Assembly: GCF_009834535.1 (NCBI RefSeq)
Contig: NC_045696.1
Span: forward strand, 30,320,001 to 30,384,000
Length of the DNA: 64,000 bases
Reading direction: 5' to 3'
Source: Camelus ferus
Lineage: Eukaryota
Shown here: positions 49,229 to 62,600 of the stretch, piece after piece
Numbering within the stretch: position 1 is the stretch's first letter
How the letters are laid out: every line of letters begins with the position of its first letter
The notes under the pieces: model-generated
Database searches by the model: none
What the model saw: the letters and a program-made list of their open reading frames with translations, nothing else
Told to the model about the DNA's origin: nothing
Translations under genes and position numbers: made by a program

Positions 49229-51127
49229 GAGGGGTTCTTCTCTTTGGGGGAATGTTTCAATGAGAATCTTGTGGCGATTCAAGTGGGGATATTAGATAAG
49301 TTGTCAATTGTCCTTTTGAATGAAATGAAACTGTGATTAATTTTCTTTATAGTCCCATGTAGCCAAATTGCTCCGTAGTAAAAAATAATCACGTTATAAA
49401 CTCTTACTCAAAAGTCGAGTGGATCCATGGTGGACACATCCTGCACTTTACACTGGTGGTGGGCAAGCTGGGCTTCCGTTGTTCTGGGCCTCGGAGGCAG
49501 AGCTTCAGCCTCTAGGTCTGTCAACCAGCACCCATTCATTAGCACTAAAATTGTTCTAGGATTTAGCCTCCAGCTGAGAGTGACTGGTAGCTGGTATGAT
49601 TGAAACTATTGTCACCCATGTACCTGCTTTTTACAGCAAGACTGCAGATGTTAGAATATTATTTGTCAAGCCCACAGTGAGTTAGAGAATCTGCAGATGC
49701 TATTTTTCCATGCCACAAAAATTAGAGAGGTTATGCTGAAAAGATAATATACTGTACAGCTGGGTCAATCTTCCAGGCCAAAATGGAATGTCAGAGTGTC
49801 AGCTGTGATAATTATAAGATACATTATGACTAAATGGACTTCCATCTGGAGCTCTGGCAGAAGAATTATGCCTTGAGAAATTATGCCTTGAGAGAGATAA
49901 CTCAAAGGGTTGATGGCACTTGGTACTGAGTAACCCCTGAACACATTCAATTGGCTGCATAGCAGAATTCAGATTGATGGTCACTGACCAACTTTGGCAC
50001 TCTGCTGAGATATTGCTACAATAGGCATATCTTAATTGACTGTTAAAAACTAGCATAGGGCCTTCCATATGATGTTAATAACTGAGAAAGTTTAAAAGTT
50101 AGGATATGAATTTTTAATTTAATATTTAACTTAGTCCTAAACAGATTCTCTTTCTACTCCCTTAATTAGAGTCATCAATGTTTTCTTTCCAAAAAGTGGG
50201 GATTGCATGCATGTCTAAATAACCTCAAACAACTGCAGTGTTTCTTTCAAATAAAACATTCGTATTTCTTGTACTGAACTAACACTGATGTGAGCTTTAG
50301 GTGATCTTGCCTCTCCTCTAACAACTTAAGATAATCTTAATGACGTTTGTACTCGGCGTTTGTGAAAATGTTTAAAACTTAATCTGTAATTGCACTCAGT
50401 GAATAACATTTTCAATACACATACTAGCCCCGAAATATTTTATTGCACTATTATAAAATTAAGAAATTTTAAAGATGCTGATACTAAAATGCATACAGAC
50501 AAGTTGAGGATACATAATATTTGTGTTTTAAAGGAAGCAATTAAATGTATTTAGAGAATGATAAATTTGGGGGTATATATGATCTCAAATCATAATATTC
50601 AATATATACTGAATGTTTTCTGCAACAGTCATTGGGAAGTGCATGAAGAATGAAATAATAACCAAAATATAGCCCTTAAAGTCATATGAATACTCGTGAT
50701 TTCCCTTTCTGAGTGCTACTGTGGCATATGATTTTCTTGTCTGGGAGGCTTAATTTTAAATATAAAATATTTTAATATGTAAAAATATTATATTAAATGA
50801 TGGTCTGTACATAGAATTTAAGAAGCCCTGGACTTACCCATTTCATCAACATGGCTGTGATTCATTGAAGAGGAAATTTGTTTATACAGTAATCCCTAAT
50901 CTTCTCACTAAACACGTGTTCAGAGGAAGTCAGTATGCTCTGGGCCTTTTTAGTCTCACAGATAAGTATAAATATAGTTTATATATTTCACTGCATCTCT
51001 TTTCTTTCTGAGTACTGAATACATATTTTATCTAAGTCTACCTGTTTCAAACAACTTATATAAAATCTTGCTAAAATTAAAATATAAACTCCAAACTACT
51101 ACATCTTATTGTGAGAATTTTAAATCT

Positions 51128-52000
51128 TATTTTTTTCAGTTTTATTGAAGTATAATTGGCAAAGAAAATTATAAGATATTCAAAGTATACATCATGATAA
51201 TGTGATATACATAGTGAAAGGAGTCTCTCATTTAGTTAATTAATACATCTATGATCTCACATATATCACTTATCATTTTTGTGTGTTTGTGAGAACATTT
51301 AAGTTCTACCCCCTTAGCAAATTTCAATTATATAATAGTGTTACCAACTATAGCCATCATGTTACACATAAGATCCTCAGACCTGATTTATCTTATAGCA
51401 AAGTTTATACCTTTTTACCAACCTCTGTCTAATTCCCCCACCCTCAGCCCTTGGCAACCACTTTTCTTTCTCTCCATTGCTGTAAGTTTGACTTTTTAAG
51501 ATTTCACATATAAGTGATACCATGTAGCATTTGTCTTCCTCTGTCTGGCTTATTTCACTTTGCATAATGCCCACAAGATCCATCCAGGTTGTCACAAATG
51601 GCAGGATTTCCTTCTTTCTCCTGGCTGAATACTATTCTATCCTATGTAAGCGTCTCACATTTTTTAATCTGTTCATCCACTGGCAGACATTAGGTTGTTT
51701 CCATACCTTGGGTATTGTGAATAATGCTGCAGTGAACATGGGTCCCGATTGATTTTCGAGATACTGCTTTTGTTTCCTTTGGATATAAATCCTGAAGTGA
51801 GATTGATGGATCATGATAGTTCTATTTTTAATTTTTTAAGGAATCTCCATACTTTTAAAAAAAAAAATGACTGCAGCAATTTACATTCCCATCAACAATG
51901 TACAATTTCCCTTTTCTCCACATTCTTGTTGACACTTGAAATCTCTTATCTTTTTGATGATAGTCTTCCAACAGGCGTGAGGTATGGTTTTGATTTGCAT
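51128..52000 (-). mobile_element. LINE-1 3' end (L1MA-like)
   Basis: Antisense 3' UTR; ORF 51632..51814(-) PMFTAALFTIPKVWKQP is the ORF2 C-terminus. Confidence 0.92.
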
Positions 52001-53499
52001 AAGATCTCATTTTAATAAGCTGATATTTATGGCTAATTTTCATCCTAGATGTTTACATTTTTCTCTGTTCATCTTCTCTTTACTTAAATTAGAGAATGGG
52101 ATTTGATTTTTACTGATTGTGACATCTGGCTTTTCTCTTTCCCTTTTCTTTTTGCAAATTGTATTCCATTTGGAGAAAGTAGAATATCCACTGACAGATG
52201 AAAATTACATAAAGTGTATCAAGGGATTGGCATATTTTTTAATAGTTCTTAAGCATCTTTTTTTATTCACTGCTTTCGTCAGATATTTGCTCTCTCCTCA
52301 GCAATACTTTTATTTCCTGAGCATCTTTCCCCTATCATTTATTTTAAATGCTCACCTTGTTATTTTGAATTTAGCTCTCTTTGCTGATTTTCTAAAGCTT
52401 GTAAGAAATGCTGGCAATATGGAAATGAGGTCTGGCAGAGGGGTGTTGAGATCTCCTGCTACTCAGAGAGATATAAAATAGATAAGGCCGTGAAACAAAT
52501 GTCCTTCTGGGTATTGGCAATTGTAGTGCAACTTTTATTGCAGTTAAAATAGTTTAGCCTCTAAGTACAAAGACTATTTTGTGGTTCATGCAGCTGTTCC
52601 AACAGATTGTCTTCTCCAGTGAAGTATAAGAAGAGATAAGAAGTGAGGGTTTGTAAGTGAAATCTGAATTTAATTATTTCTTAATGAAGAAAATGTTGTT
52701 CTGTGAGACCAAAGCACAATGCAAGAACATAGAATCAAATGGCTGAAGAGATTTTTTTTTTTTTAAACAGCACAATATGAAACAGAATGTAGAGAGTATG
52801 TGTCAGTGGAGACAGAACAATAAGAGATTTAAGGAGAGACCTGACAGAAAAGAAGTTATATCAGGTGCAAAACTCGTCTTTTAGTTTTATTGCTTTTCTG
52901 ACATTAATTATAAATGACAGGTGACCTGTCAGGCTTAAGTACAGTGTGTTCATAGAAACTGTGAGAAAGTTTTAGATCCTTGAGCAACTCACCTGGTAAC
53001 AAAGCACAGAATTTCACGTTGATTTTAGCGAGACTAGATTATAAACAGTGGTGTTAGCACTAATCAGCTATTCAAAACATTTTACAAACATTTGCTAATT
53101 AATCCTTGCACTGTTGATAAATAATGCTTTCATTTACCAAGGCACAGACAGAAACAATTTGCATATTACTCAATCTCCAAAGTTTCTACATTTTAGGCAA
53201 TACTAAAGTCTTCCCTTTACATTTCTCACGTCTTCATATACATGAGAAGCACACAAATACTTGGACTTCAAAAAATATAGTCCCACAATAAATAATTGGA
53301 TAGTATTTTCATCACAGAAGAATTATTTTATAAGACTCAGTCTGGGCATAGGGGGTAAAACCTGTAGCCCACAATCTTTCAGCTCCTGTCTCCCCTTCTC
53401 CTGGCTTTCCCAAGTCCAAGCAAATTACTTCTTACTCCTGCAATTTATTAGTACCCTGATCATTCCCTCCCTATAATTTAAATTGTAGTTTTGTTTTTA

Positions 53500-54050
53500 T
53501 TTGAGATGATTTGATTATTTTAGGTCTCCTCTATTCTTATGCACCATCCATGGAAGAAAGGACCATGTTTATTTTGTTCAGCACACAGTAGGTGCTTAAT
53601 AAATATGCATGAAAGGAATGGCTTTTCTAGAGACATGTGAAGGCATTATGCTGTATACACAGTGAAATTCCTGTGTTCCCAAAGTATTTTTATTAACATG
53701 CTTACACTCTTGAGACATTTAAGTAAATATGTATATACATTTCAGAATCAGTATGAGTAGAAAAGTGCAAAATAATTTAAAAATATTTTAAAGCCTTCCT
53801 CCATCCCTTGATTCTAAAACAGATCATTTCAGCCAAACTAAATACATTATTTTTCTCCTTGCTGCCCAGCTGTGGAAGAAGATGTTGAATTTTGTAAAGA
53901 AATGTAAGAGAGCATAGGGGAGTAACAATTGCTACCATTTATTGCCCTATTATTAGATGTCATTACACTCTCATAATGGGAAACATATAAAGCAGACGTT
54001 ATTAGTATGCCTGTTTTACAAATGAAGAGAGTTAGGTAGCTAATCAGAGT
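53500..54050. mobile_element. L2 3' end (53500-53620) and MIR remnant (53920-54050)
   Basis: gcacacagtaggtgcttaataaatatgcatgaa; gctaccatttattg...tgttttacaaatgaaga. Confidence 0.6.
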
Positions 54051-55979
54051 TATAAAGATGGAGATGTGTGTTTTTGCTAGAGAATGTATCTTCTAGCAAA
54101 ACGCTGCTGAAGGGCCTCTTTTTCACTGTAACAAACCATCTTGATAGGATCTGTGTTGACAGTAGATGCCCAGCAGATGGAAGAGGGAGAACCAGCAGCT
54201 CTGATTCAGACCAGTTGGGAGCAAAATGATGGTCATTACTGACCAGGAGTCCAAGTGCCAGATCATTCTAGCTCTTTTTCACAGTGGCCATGATAATAAG
54301 TGAAATCTCAAGTAAGATTATTCAATGAGGTCAGTGGGGCTGTATACATGCAATCAAGATCAAAGCTCCTTAAATACCTATAGCAAGTGGTCAGAGAAGA
54401 AGTAGAAGCTATACAAGAACATATCAAGGTATATTCCCCTAACATTTCAGCCTAATCTCCAAAAGGCAGCACTATATAACTTGGTTCATAACTAATGTCT
54501 CATAGGCTTTTCCTCTCAGTGAGGACAAATACTTCATATTTGTGGAGATACCTACATCATAAGAAATTCTCCCAACACCTACACACACACTAGCAGGAAA
54601 TCCTACACCTGCCCATCCCCAAAGATGTCTGCAAGTATAGCTTGACTATTCCCTAGATCCCATCACTTGTTGGATCCTATACAAGATTAGTTTCCCACTG
54701 AAAGATCACATTAAGTCCAATTTTTGTGAAGACCTTCTGATTAATCACTTGACCATGTAACCTATGGGTTTCTGCAAGATCACAGCCAAACTTCTCTGCC
54801 TTTAATCTCTGCCATCCCCAACTTCTGAAGGATATATTTTAAAAGCCTGGTATCACAGTTATTTCCTTCCTCCCAAAGCTTCCCTACTCTTCGCTCTGAT
54901 CATAGTATGACAGTAAGCAGTTTTTCCTTGAGAACAAAGCAGAACTGGCTAACATCAAATGCTTGCCTGTTAAACTGGCTCAGCATACACTGGCATAGTT
55001 TAAAAAAATTATGAAACTGACATAATGCAAAAACGACTAAAATACAAATAAAATATCAATGTGATTATGCTGCTCAAGTACTGAGGAAGTTAATGGCTTC
55101 ATAATTATATTTGGAATATGAATAAGAACTACTCAGGGAGAGATCTTTTCTTTAGAAGCGCATGGGCTAAAGTACTGAGATGGCTGAGAGAAACAGAACA
55201 CTTACTTTGGGAGGTTATTTCAAAAAACGATCCTTAGATTAAAATATTAAAGCCGATGTCCACAGAAGGATACTGAAACTTGGAGATGCCTTACGGTATA
55301 TAAAGACCCCAATCCCTTCCTGATTGAAAAAAGAAGAAGAAAAAAGAAAACAATCCAAATCATTTGACTTTATTTTGTACTTTTCTCCTTCGCATAAACT
55401 GCATTCTGCCAAACTAGAGTATTTTCTTAAGTAACAGTGAAGGATCTGGAAGAAAAATAAGGAGAGATGCTACTTTTCATAGAAGAGGACAAGGTGAATT
55501 CAGCAAAATACAGATTAACTTGTCAATATTCCCTAGTAAAATTCTAGAATTGTTTCTTAAATGGAGGGTATGTGACAATTGAGAGACATGAGAAGAATGA
55601 GGGAGAGAAAAAAAATAGAAAAACTAAAAGTAATCATACTCTTTCTCAGAAAGAAGTCATGCATCTTTTATTTCCTTTCCTCTTTTATTTTTCAATATAT
55701 TATTAGATTCTTAGTTCAAGAGAATATTTCAGATATAGAACAATGTTTCAAGAAATAGTCATGTTTTTGTGTATATTATCTCTGCTGTACATGTAAACAC
55801 GAATAGTTAAATAGACTCATAACTTTTAAAATGCTTTAAATAAAAACTATTTTTGAGAATGAACATTAACCTGAAAAGAGATCTCTAAGTAAATGCTTTT
55901 GCACTATCATGATGAATGTATTCAAGGTCTTGAATTAAAAAAATAAATATAAAGCATGCTTCTGAAATTTCCATATATC

Positions 55980-56770
55980 TCTATTCAACAAACATTTATT
56001 AGTTTATTGAATTACTAGGTCAAAGATGAATAAGATGCAATCCCTACCCTTGAGGAACTCACAGTTTAGGAAGAAAGACAGACATAAATAACTACCATGG
56101 AAAGTGAAAAGTGCTAAAATGTATGCATATGTCAGTGATTCAAAGGGAAACATAATGCGATGGATGACAGAGTGATGTATTGATTACAAGATCAATATGA
56201 GTCAGCAGTGTGATGGCTGCCAAAAAAATTAAACCAAAACTTAGCCTGGATCTGTGTACATTTAGGGCTCAAAATGAAAAAGAAAATCATTTTATAATAC
56301 AATTAAAAATCTTGACCACATCTGGACTATTTCTCACTCTTGGCTATTACATTTGAAAACTAACTCTAAGTAGGATCATTCAAGAAATGATATCCAGGAT
56401 AAAGATTTATGACAGCATGACATTGAAATATGTGGAAAGTAATGGAGCCATTTAATGTCAAAAAATTAATGTGGAGAGTACAATGGTGAAGGCATGCAAT
56501 CTTCAAAAATTAGAAGAATTGCCACATTGAAAAATAAAATCCAGATAGTTCCAAAGTATAGAGCTAAGATGCTTTGAAACACTGCAGGAAGGAAATTTCT
56601 CTTATAACACAGAGCTGTTTTCTAATAACTAAAAAGACTTAGAAATTGAAGGGGCTTCTCTTAAACTTACTGTTTTGACTGTCCTCAACTTAGAGGTGGC
56701 AAATGAACTGTCAGAATTGTTACAGTGTGGATTGGTACACTGAGTGGGCAGGTGAACTGAGTGACTTCAC
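55980..56770. mobile_element. L2 3' end (-) followed by an L3/CR1 fragment (+)
   Basis: attcaacaaacatttatt...ccctacccttgaggaactcacagtttag; aatatgagtcagcagtgtgatggctgccaaaaaa. Confidence 0.65.
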
Positions 56771-58649
56771 ATTATTTCTAAAGCTCATGTTTGTTTTTCC
56801 ATACACACATACACATACATACACATACATACATGCATCAAATATCCATTCTTTCTCTCAGTCTCTCACGCAGATCCTTTCACCATTCAAATACACACTT
56901 CAACATGTACACATACACACACACACATTATATGTGCCTATGTGAAAGACAGAAGAGACTAAAATGTCTGAATTCTTTGGGGCAATTTTTATTTGAAATG
57001 AGATGAAGGAAAAAAAGAGAAAAAAAAACATTACCGACAGAGCATGTCAACAAAGACACATTATCCAGTGATTATACATGACAGTAAGTATGTGCAGAAG
57101 AGATTATTGTAATGAACCGCTTAATCTTTGAAACTGGAACATTTTCAGGCAGGGAAAATATGAGGACCTCTAGATGAGTAGCTTATACTGTTAGCAGCTC
57201 ATTTGTCTTACTACAGGCTCGGCCTTCATTTTTCACCTAGTTCTTATATATAGGTTTTGCAAAGATTCCCAGTCTCAGACTCATTCCTTGCATTCTGATT
57301 TCTACGTGCAAACCTGTTTTTTATTTGCTTGTTTTTAAACCTGTGTCTGCATCCTTACCTTTGAGCTCTGCTCAGTTCCCTGCAACTTCTTAAAACCCCA
57401 TCAGCCCTGCTTCCCAGTCTGTAACTCCCAAGTACTTAGTTCCTACATCTGTTCATGATGCTTGTACTCACCTGCTTCGTTGCTGGCTTTTCCTGGGACC
57501 AATTCCCTATTTCTCTATCTTTGTGTTGACATCTGAGCTGATCTCCCTGAGACCCTTGAACCATTTTGGAAAGTTAGTTACTTTCCAAAGAAAGTTAGTC
57601 TCAAGTCGCCAGTGTTGGCCTCCTGTTACAAAATGAGCTACAACCATATTATTGTTTTTAATGGAAACAATCTTGTCTTTACAAAAAGGAAGACTCATCA
57701 CATATCAGACACAAAACTAGTTCTTTGAGAAACATTTTATCATTTGCTTCTCATCGTACCATCCCAAGAGCTGGATTTAAATATCTCCATTTTAAAGAGA
57801 AAATGACTTAGTTTCCAAATAAAATTTCTGTCAATGTCTCATGCCTTTTCAGTGCATGAAATTGAACCCAAGTGATATATTTTAAAGTCAAGTAATTTGT
57901 CAGCAAGTTATAATAGAAACATTCCTCCTGAATTTGAGAGCTTAGATTTCCATCATAGGCCAAAAACATTAATTTCTTAGACAAGCATAATAAGAAAAAA
58001 TAATACAGTAGTACAAACATAAAAATAGAATGGGCAATGTCATATAAGATCTAATATAACAGGGAGAATCTACTAGGGTAAAAAATAGACTAGAGTTTAG
58101 ATATTAAAATATGTCTAATTTTAAGAGATGAGAAAATGAAAGAACTTTCTTTAGTTGATACGAAGGAATATTACATCTGACTCAAAAGTATTTAAAGATC
58201 ACTTATAATTTGGCTTTCTCAGTTACCAAAAAGTTATCCATGTTGTTTATCATGCATTTTTACATCAATTTTCCAAGTATCTGCATTATCATTATTTTAA
58301 TTGTAAATGATATGTGTCAAAATGTGAAACTGGCTGAGATTAAGTTGGACTAAAGAAAAAACTTCTTTTTATAAGAGAAAATAATTTTCATCCACTAACA
58401 AGATAATCATGTTGCTATTGTCTGTAGTACCTGGGAGCTCAGAGCCCTGTGTCTACTCCAACTATAGCACCAGAATACTGCGTAGAGAACAGTCATGATA
58501 CCAGTTTGTTTTCGTTTCAGTTTTTGATTTTTTTGTGTGAAGTTTTGGAAAGTGACATGTTCTCTTGAAAGTAGTACTAATTACGGAGATGATTTTATTT
58601 TATAAAGAGGCAAGGGGTTTTAGTCTGTTTTTATTAAGTAAGGGTATGG

Positions 58650-59570
58650 TCACAAACAATCTCTAAATTTCAAAGCCATACATTTAACAAATATTTGCAG
58701 CTCACTCATGTGACTTGCTAGTACATGTTGGCTGCAGCTTTGTAGCTCTAATTCACTTATCCTTTAACTCAGAATTCAAGCTAAGGATATAGCCTTTACC
58801 TTAGTTTTGTGGCAGAAGGAAAAGAGACATGAATAAGCCATATAATGGCCCTTCTGATTGGATATGGCTTAACTTCCTTCCACTTTCTGTTTCCCATTGG
58901 CCAGAAAATCAAGTCAGATGCCCACAAGGCAGGGGGTATATTACTTACATGGAGGTGGGAATGGACAGGGATATATATCCTCTTTTGTGGGAAGGAAATA
59001 AATAGCTGTAAACAAGAGTATCATCTACTGTCAAACATTTCACTTCCGTATATCCACTTCCTGCCTCTCCATGCAAAACATATTTACACAAATTCATAGA
59101 GGATGCTCTAAAATTTCCACACCATCAAGCCTCAAATTCAAACTCTAGAATTTCATGATTATTTATACATCGGACTGGATGAAGCTCTGCTTGATCTGTA
59201 TACCTAAGAACTAAAATATGAGAAAATAGAATGGTCCATGAGGGCCAAGGACCACCATAAATACTAGGCTTTATTTCATAAAAGGGTAAACAATAGTCAG
59301 AAACCCATAGCAAATCTAAAGTACTGCTGGGCAGATGTTTTGAGGACCCTCTCTCTCAGTGGTATAAAATGTATTTTTTTGTTATAATGCCCAGATTTTG
59401 CCCCCTCTGATTAGCTCTTGGTTTTTCCCTCTGGAAGAGTCCTCTTTTTCAGCTATCTTCTTGGGGCAAATCTGAAGAAGATATTGGAGATTATGCTATC
59501 CTTAGGTTTGAGTATCTTTCCCAGCCAACTTTCTGCTCATAAAGGTTGATATACCAGATAAAGTTTGCCT
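58650..59570 (-). mobile_element. Old MaLR LTR plus MLT1 internal fragment
   Basis: ttcccattggccagaaaatcaagtcagatgccca (LTR) followed by aacccatagcaaatctaaagtactgctgggcagatg (MLT1-int-like). Confidence 0.55.
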
Positions 59571-60130
59571 TCATCACCAAAAAGAATGCTGATGAAATAC
59601 AGCATATGGGCAATGGGAGAATAATGGTGTCCAGTCACCCACTGGCCATGGTTTTGATCATCCCTGGGCAGAGGTCACAATACTGAGATCAAGAGATAGG
59701 CAGCACACTTATTATTAGACAGATTTACATTTCCAGGCCCCAGTCAGTGGCCTATTAAAGAAGAGTCCCACAAGGGGACAATCTTTATCATATTCATTTT
59801 AGAAGGTGTCATGGATTACAAAAGAAACTGATTTATCATAGATCAGAAGCCTATGAGAGTCAGGATTTTTGCCATTTGCAAAGGGGAACTGAATGAGATA
59901 AACTTACCACCATTCTATATACTTAATTATGTAAAAATTATATTTTTTTATCAATATGTAAAAAGTTATTCTTTAAATTAAGGATACATTTCTTATTTTA
60001 TTGGAAATATTTTTACTTGAAACTGGTGAGTAAATTTTAATACTTACAGTTAATATGAAAAAAGTCCACTGTGCTAGGTGAAAGGATATTGGCAATTATT
60101 TCTACTTCTCTCCATTGGGCATATGGTAAG

Positions 60131-60800
60131 TGTGGTAGTTTGCAAAAGTGGTTGACATTTTTCATCCCTCCATGTATCTGGGACTTTTGCCATGTGATGT
60201 CACCATTTCTCCTATTAAAGAGGTAGATCAATTTTTTTGCCCTTGAATTGTGTTTGGCCTTATGATTTGCTTTGGACATTTGTATAAAATAGAAATCTCA
60301 TTGTGCCAGTTCCAAGTCTAGGTGTTACAAAGACTTTCCTATATCTGCTTGCCTTCTTACACTTTTACCATTATCATGAGCAGAATGTGCCTGAGCAGTT
60401 CTGTGCCCCAGGAAAAGCAAGACAAGTGTCTTGAGTCAGAGCTCAAGTCTGAGATAGAAGTGAGCCCAAATGTAAACAACAGAGCCATCCAGCCAAGCCC
60501 AGCCTAGATCTGCCAGCACCCAGCAGATCCACAAATTATAAGCTCATTGTTCGTGTGTTTACTCTGGCTGTAGTTAAGTGACACAGTAGGATGACAGATC
60601 TCTGTCCTCTTAAACCTAGCTTTGGCCATATGTCTTTCTTTGCCAATGAAATTTTAGGAACTGATATACAAGTTGCAAATCTTTCTGTGTCCTGGAGAAG
60701 GGAGGCTTCATCAGTTTGGGTCTGTGAGTACCCGACAAGATGTAGCAAAACTGCCAAAAAATCAAGATAGACATCAAGCATAGATGAGAAATAACCATCA
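60131..60800 (+). mobile_element. MaLR LTR(s) (MLT1H/J-like), probably two adjacent pieces
   Basis: tgtggtagtttgcaaaagtgg...cccttgaattgtgtttggccttatgatttgctttg...cagccaagcccagcctagatc; a second piece from ~60570. Confidence 0.7.
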
Positions 60801-61388
60801 TTGCTCTTAGCACATCGTAACTAATAAAATAAGTGTTTTTTTCTTTGCAAAATATTTAAAAAGCAGAATGGATGAAAATAAAATAATCTGTTATAAAAAC
60901 ACTTGATCAATTGAAAATAGCATGAAATAAAAATAATGTGCAGTTTTCTCATGCTCTGATGAAGTATTTCAAATCTGATCTCATAGTTGTATATTTTGAA
61001 TGAACAATAATGGTTTATTTTCTCTAAACAGGCAATTAGAACATTTTGATGACATGTAAAGAGCTTTATTTTCTTCAAGAAATTCTCTCATATATTGAAT
61101 TTTTATGCCTGTTTTCTTACAAAATCAAAATCCAGACATTTTCTTATAAGTTTTATTCTGTCATGTCCTATATCTTATAGCTAGAGGCTAAAAATAAAAA
61201 ATAAACATAGATGTTTAAAGACAGTTATTCAGACATAAGACAAATAACACACATCTACATAAATCTGGTGTTAAAATAAGCTGCTATTTGATAAATATTT
61301 AATGTGAATAATACTCTATAGCAAACGTTTTGCATCCATTATCTAATTTATTATTCCAAACATACCTTGAGCTAAGTATGGTCATCAC

Positions 61389-62600
61389 CAGTTTTAGCAG
61401 GGCATCTATACTCTGGGACCTGTGCTTTACCAGGCTCCATTCTGTCCCTCCTCTGGACATACACCTTTCCACAGTGCAAGTGTTAGAGCAGGCAGATAGC
61501 CAGATATGAGCAGAGAGAGGGGGACGCAGGCTGAATGGCAGGAATTGGGCAAGAAAGGACGGGCACGGGCCAAATGCAGGAAACCATACATCATGTAAAC
61601 AACAGGGGTCCATGGCAGACAAAGAAAAGCAGAAACCTCTGCACTGATAAAAAAAAATCACACATTTTGGGGTGACAGGTATCGGGAGATCAACACAAAA
61701 AGTGGGAAAAGGCAGGAATCTCCAGTTTTTTAATGTAACCTCTTGTTCATTATGCCCTCATTTCAATAAAATTAGACTTACAGATTAGAAGTACCCATCA
61801 TGGACTGATGCCATGACACTTCTGATCCAGACTAAATAAGGACAAAAATCCCTTCTTCCTTTAAGAAGGTGGAGTTGGGATAAAAATCAGGGAATACAAT
61901 CCTAAATGCTTTTAACTCTAATGAGTATTCTGCCCATTTATTTTTACACTCTATGTAACCAACTTGCCAAGAAAACTCAGGGCAGCTGCTCACATGAGCC
62001 TGCCTGCTCTCCCCTTGAGAATGTACTATCTATCCCTTAATAAATCCTCACTTTACTTTCTTATCCTTCATGTCTCATCTCTGAATTCTTTCTGCAATGA
62101 GACAGGAACCTAATCACCGACAACCAAGGAGTCTGAAGGCTCAGTAGTATGTGGGCACCCGTAGCTCATATTTCTCGTTCTAGACTATGCTCTGAGTAAA
62201 TCTGGACTCTGAAATCTTCTGTCCAAAATGCCCAGTGCCGACTTCCAAGGCTTGTGTGGGCGTCTTACTGACGTCCATTCTCCCACGTGCTATGATGCCA
62301 GAGTTGGAGTGCACAACTCTCAGTCCATGTGATGGTGAAGAGGTAGCTGATTTGTGCCACTGTGGGCAGAACTAGGTGTCCAAAGAGAAGTGAGATGGGC
62401 TGAGGACCATCTTCTTTGACACACTACAAATGGCATAGAACTCTTAAGAGTCTTCAGAATTTTAAACTGAAACCTGGCCTTGCAAGTTGTGATGAAGGTG
62501 TGCTGTGTTTATGATGGTAGAAGGATAGAAATGTCATTTAACAAATTTTTAATTTGATTTATTACTTTTAAACCAGACATACAGCAACCAGGTCTCCATT
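61389..62600 (+). mobile_element. MER115-like hAT-Tip100 element split by an LTR
   Basis: ctctgggacctgtgcttt...tgcaag|gagtctg...ttctagactatgctctgagta...aattttaaactgaaacctggcctt reads continuously once the LTR is removed. Confidence 0.65.
61481..62124 (+). mobile_element. ERV1-type solo LTR with 4-bp TSD CAAG
   Basis: Starts TGTTAGAGCAGGCAGATAGCCAGATATGAGC; AATAAA near 62039; tctgaattctttctg U5-like end; caag at 61477-61480 and 62125-62128. Confidence 0.88.
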
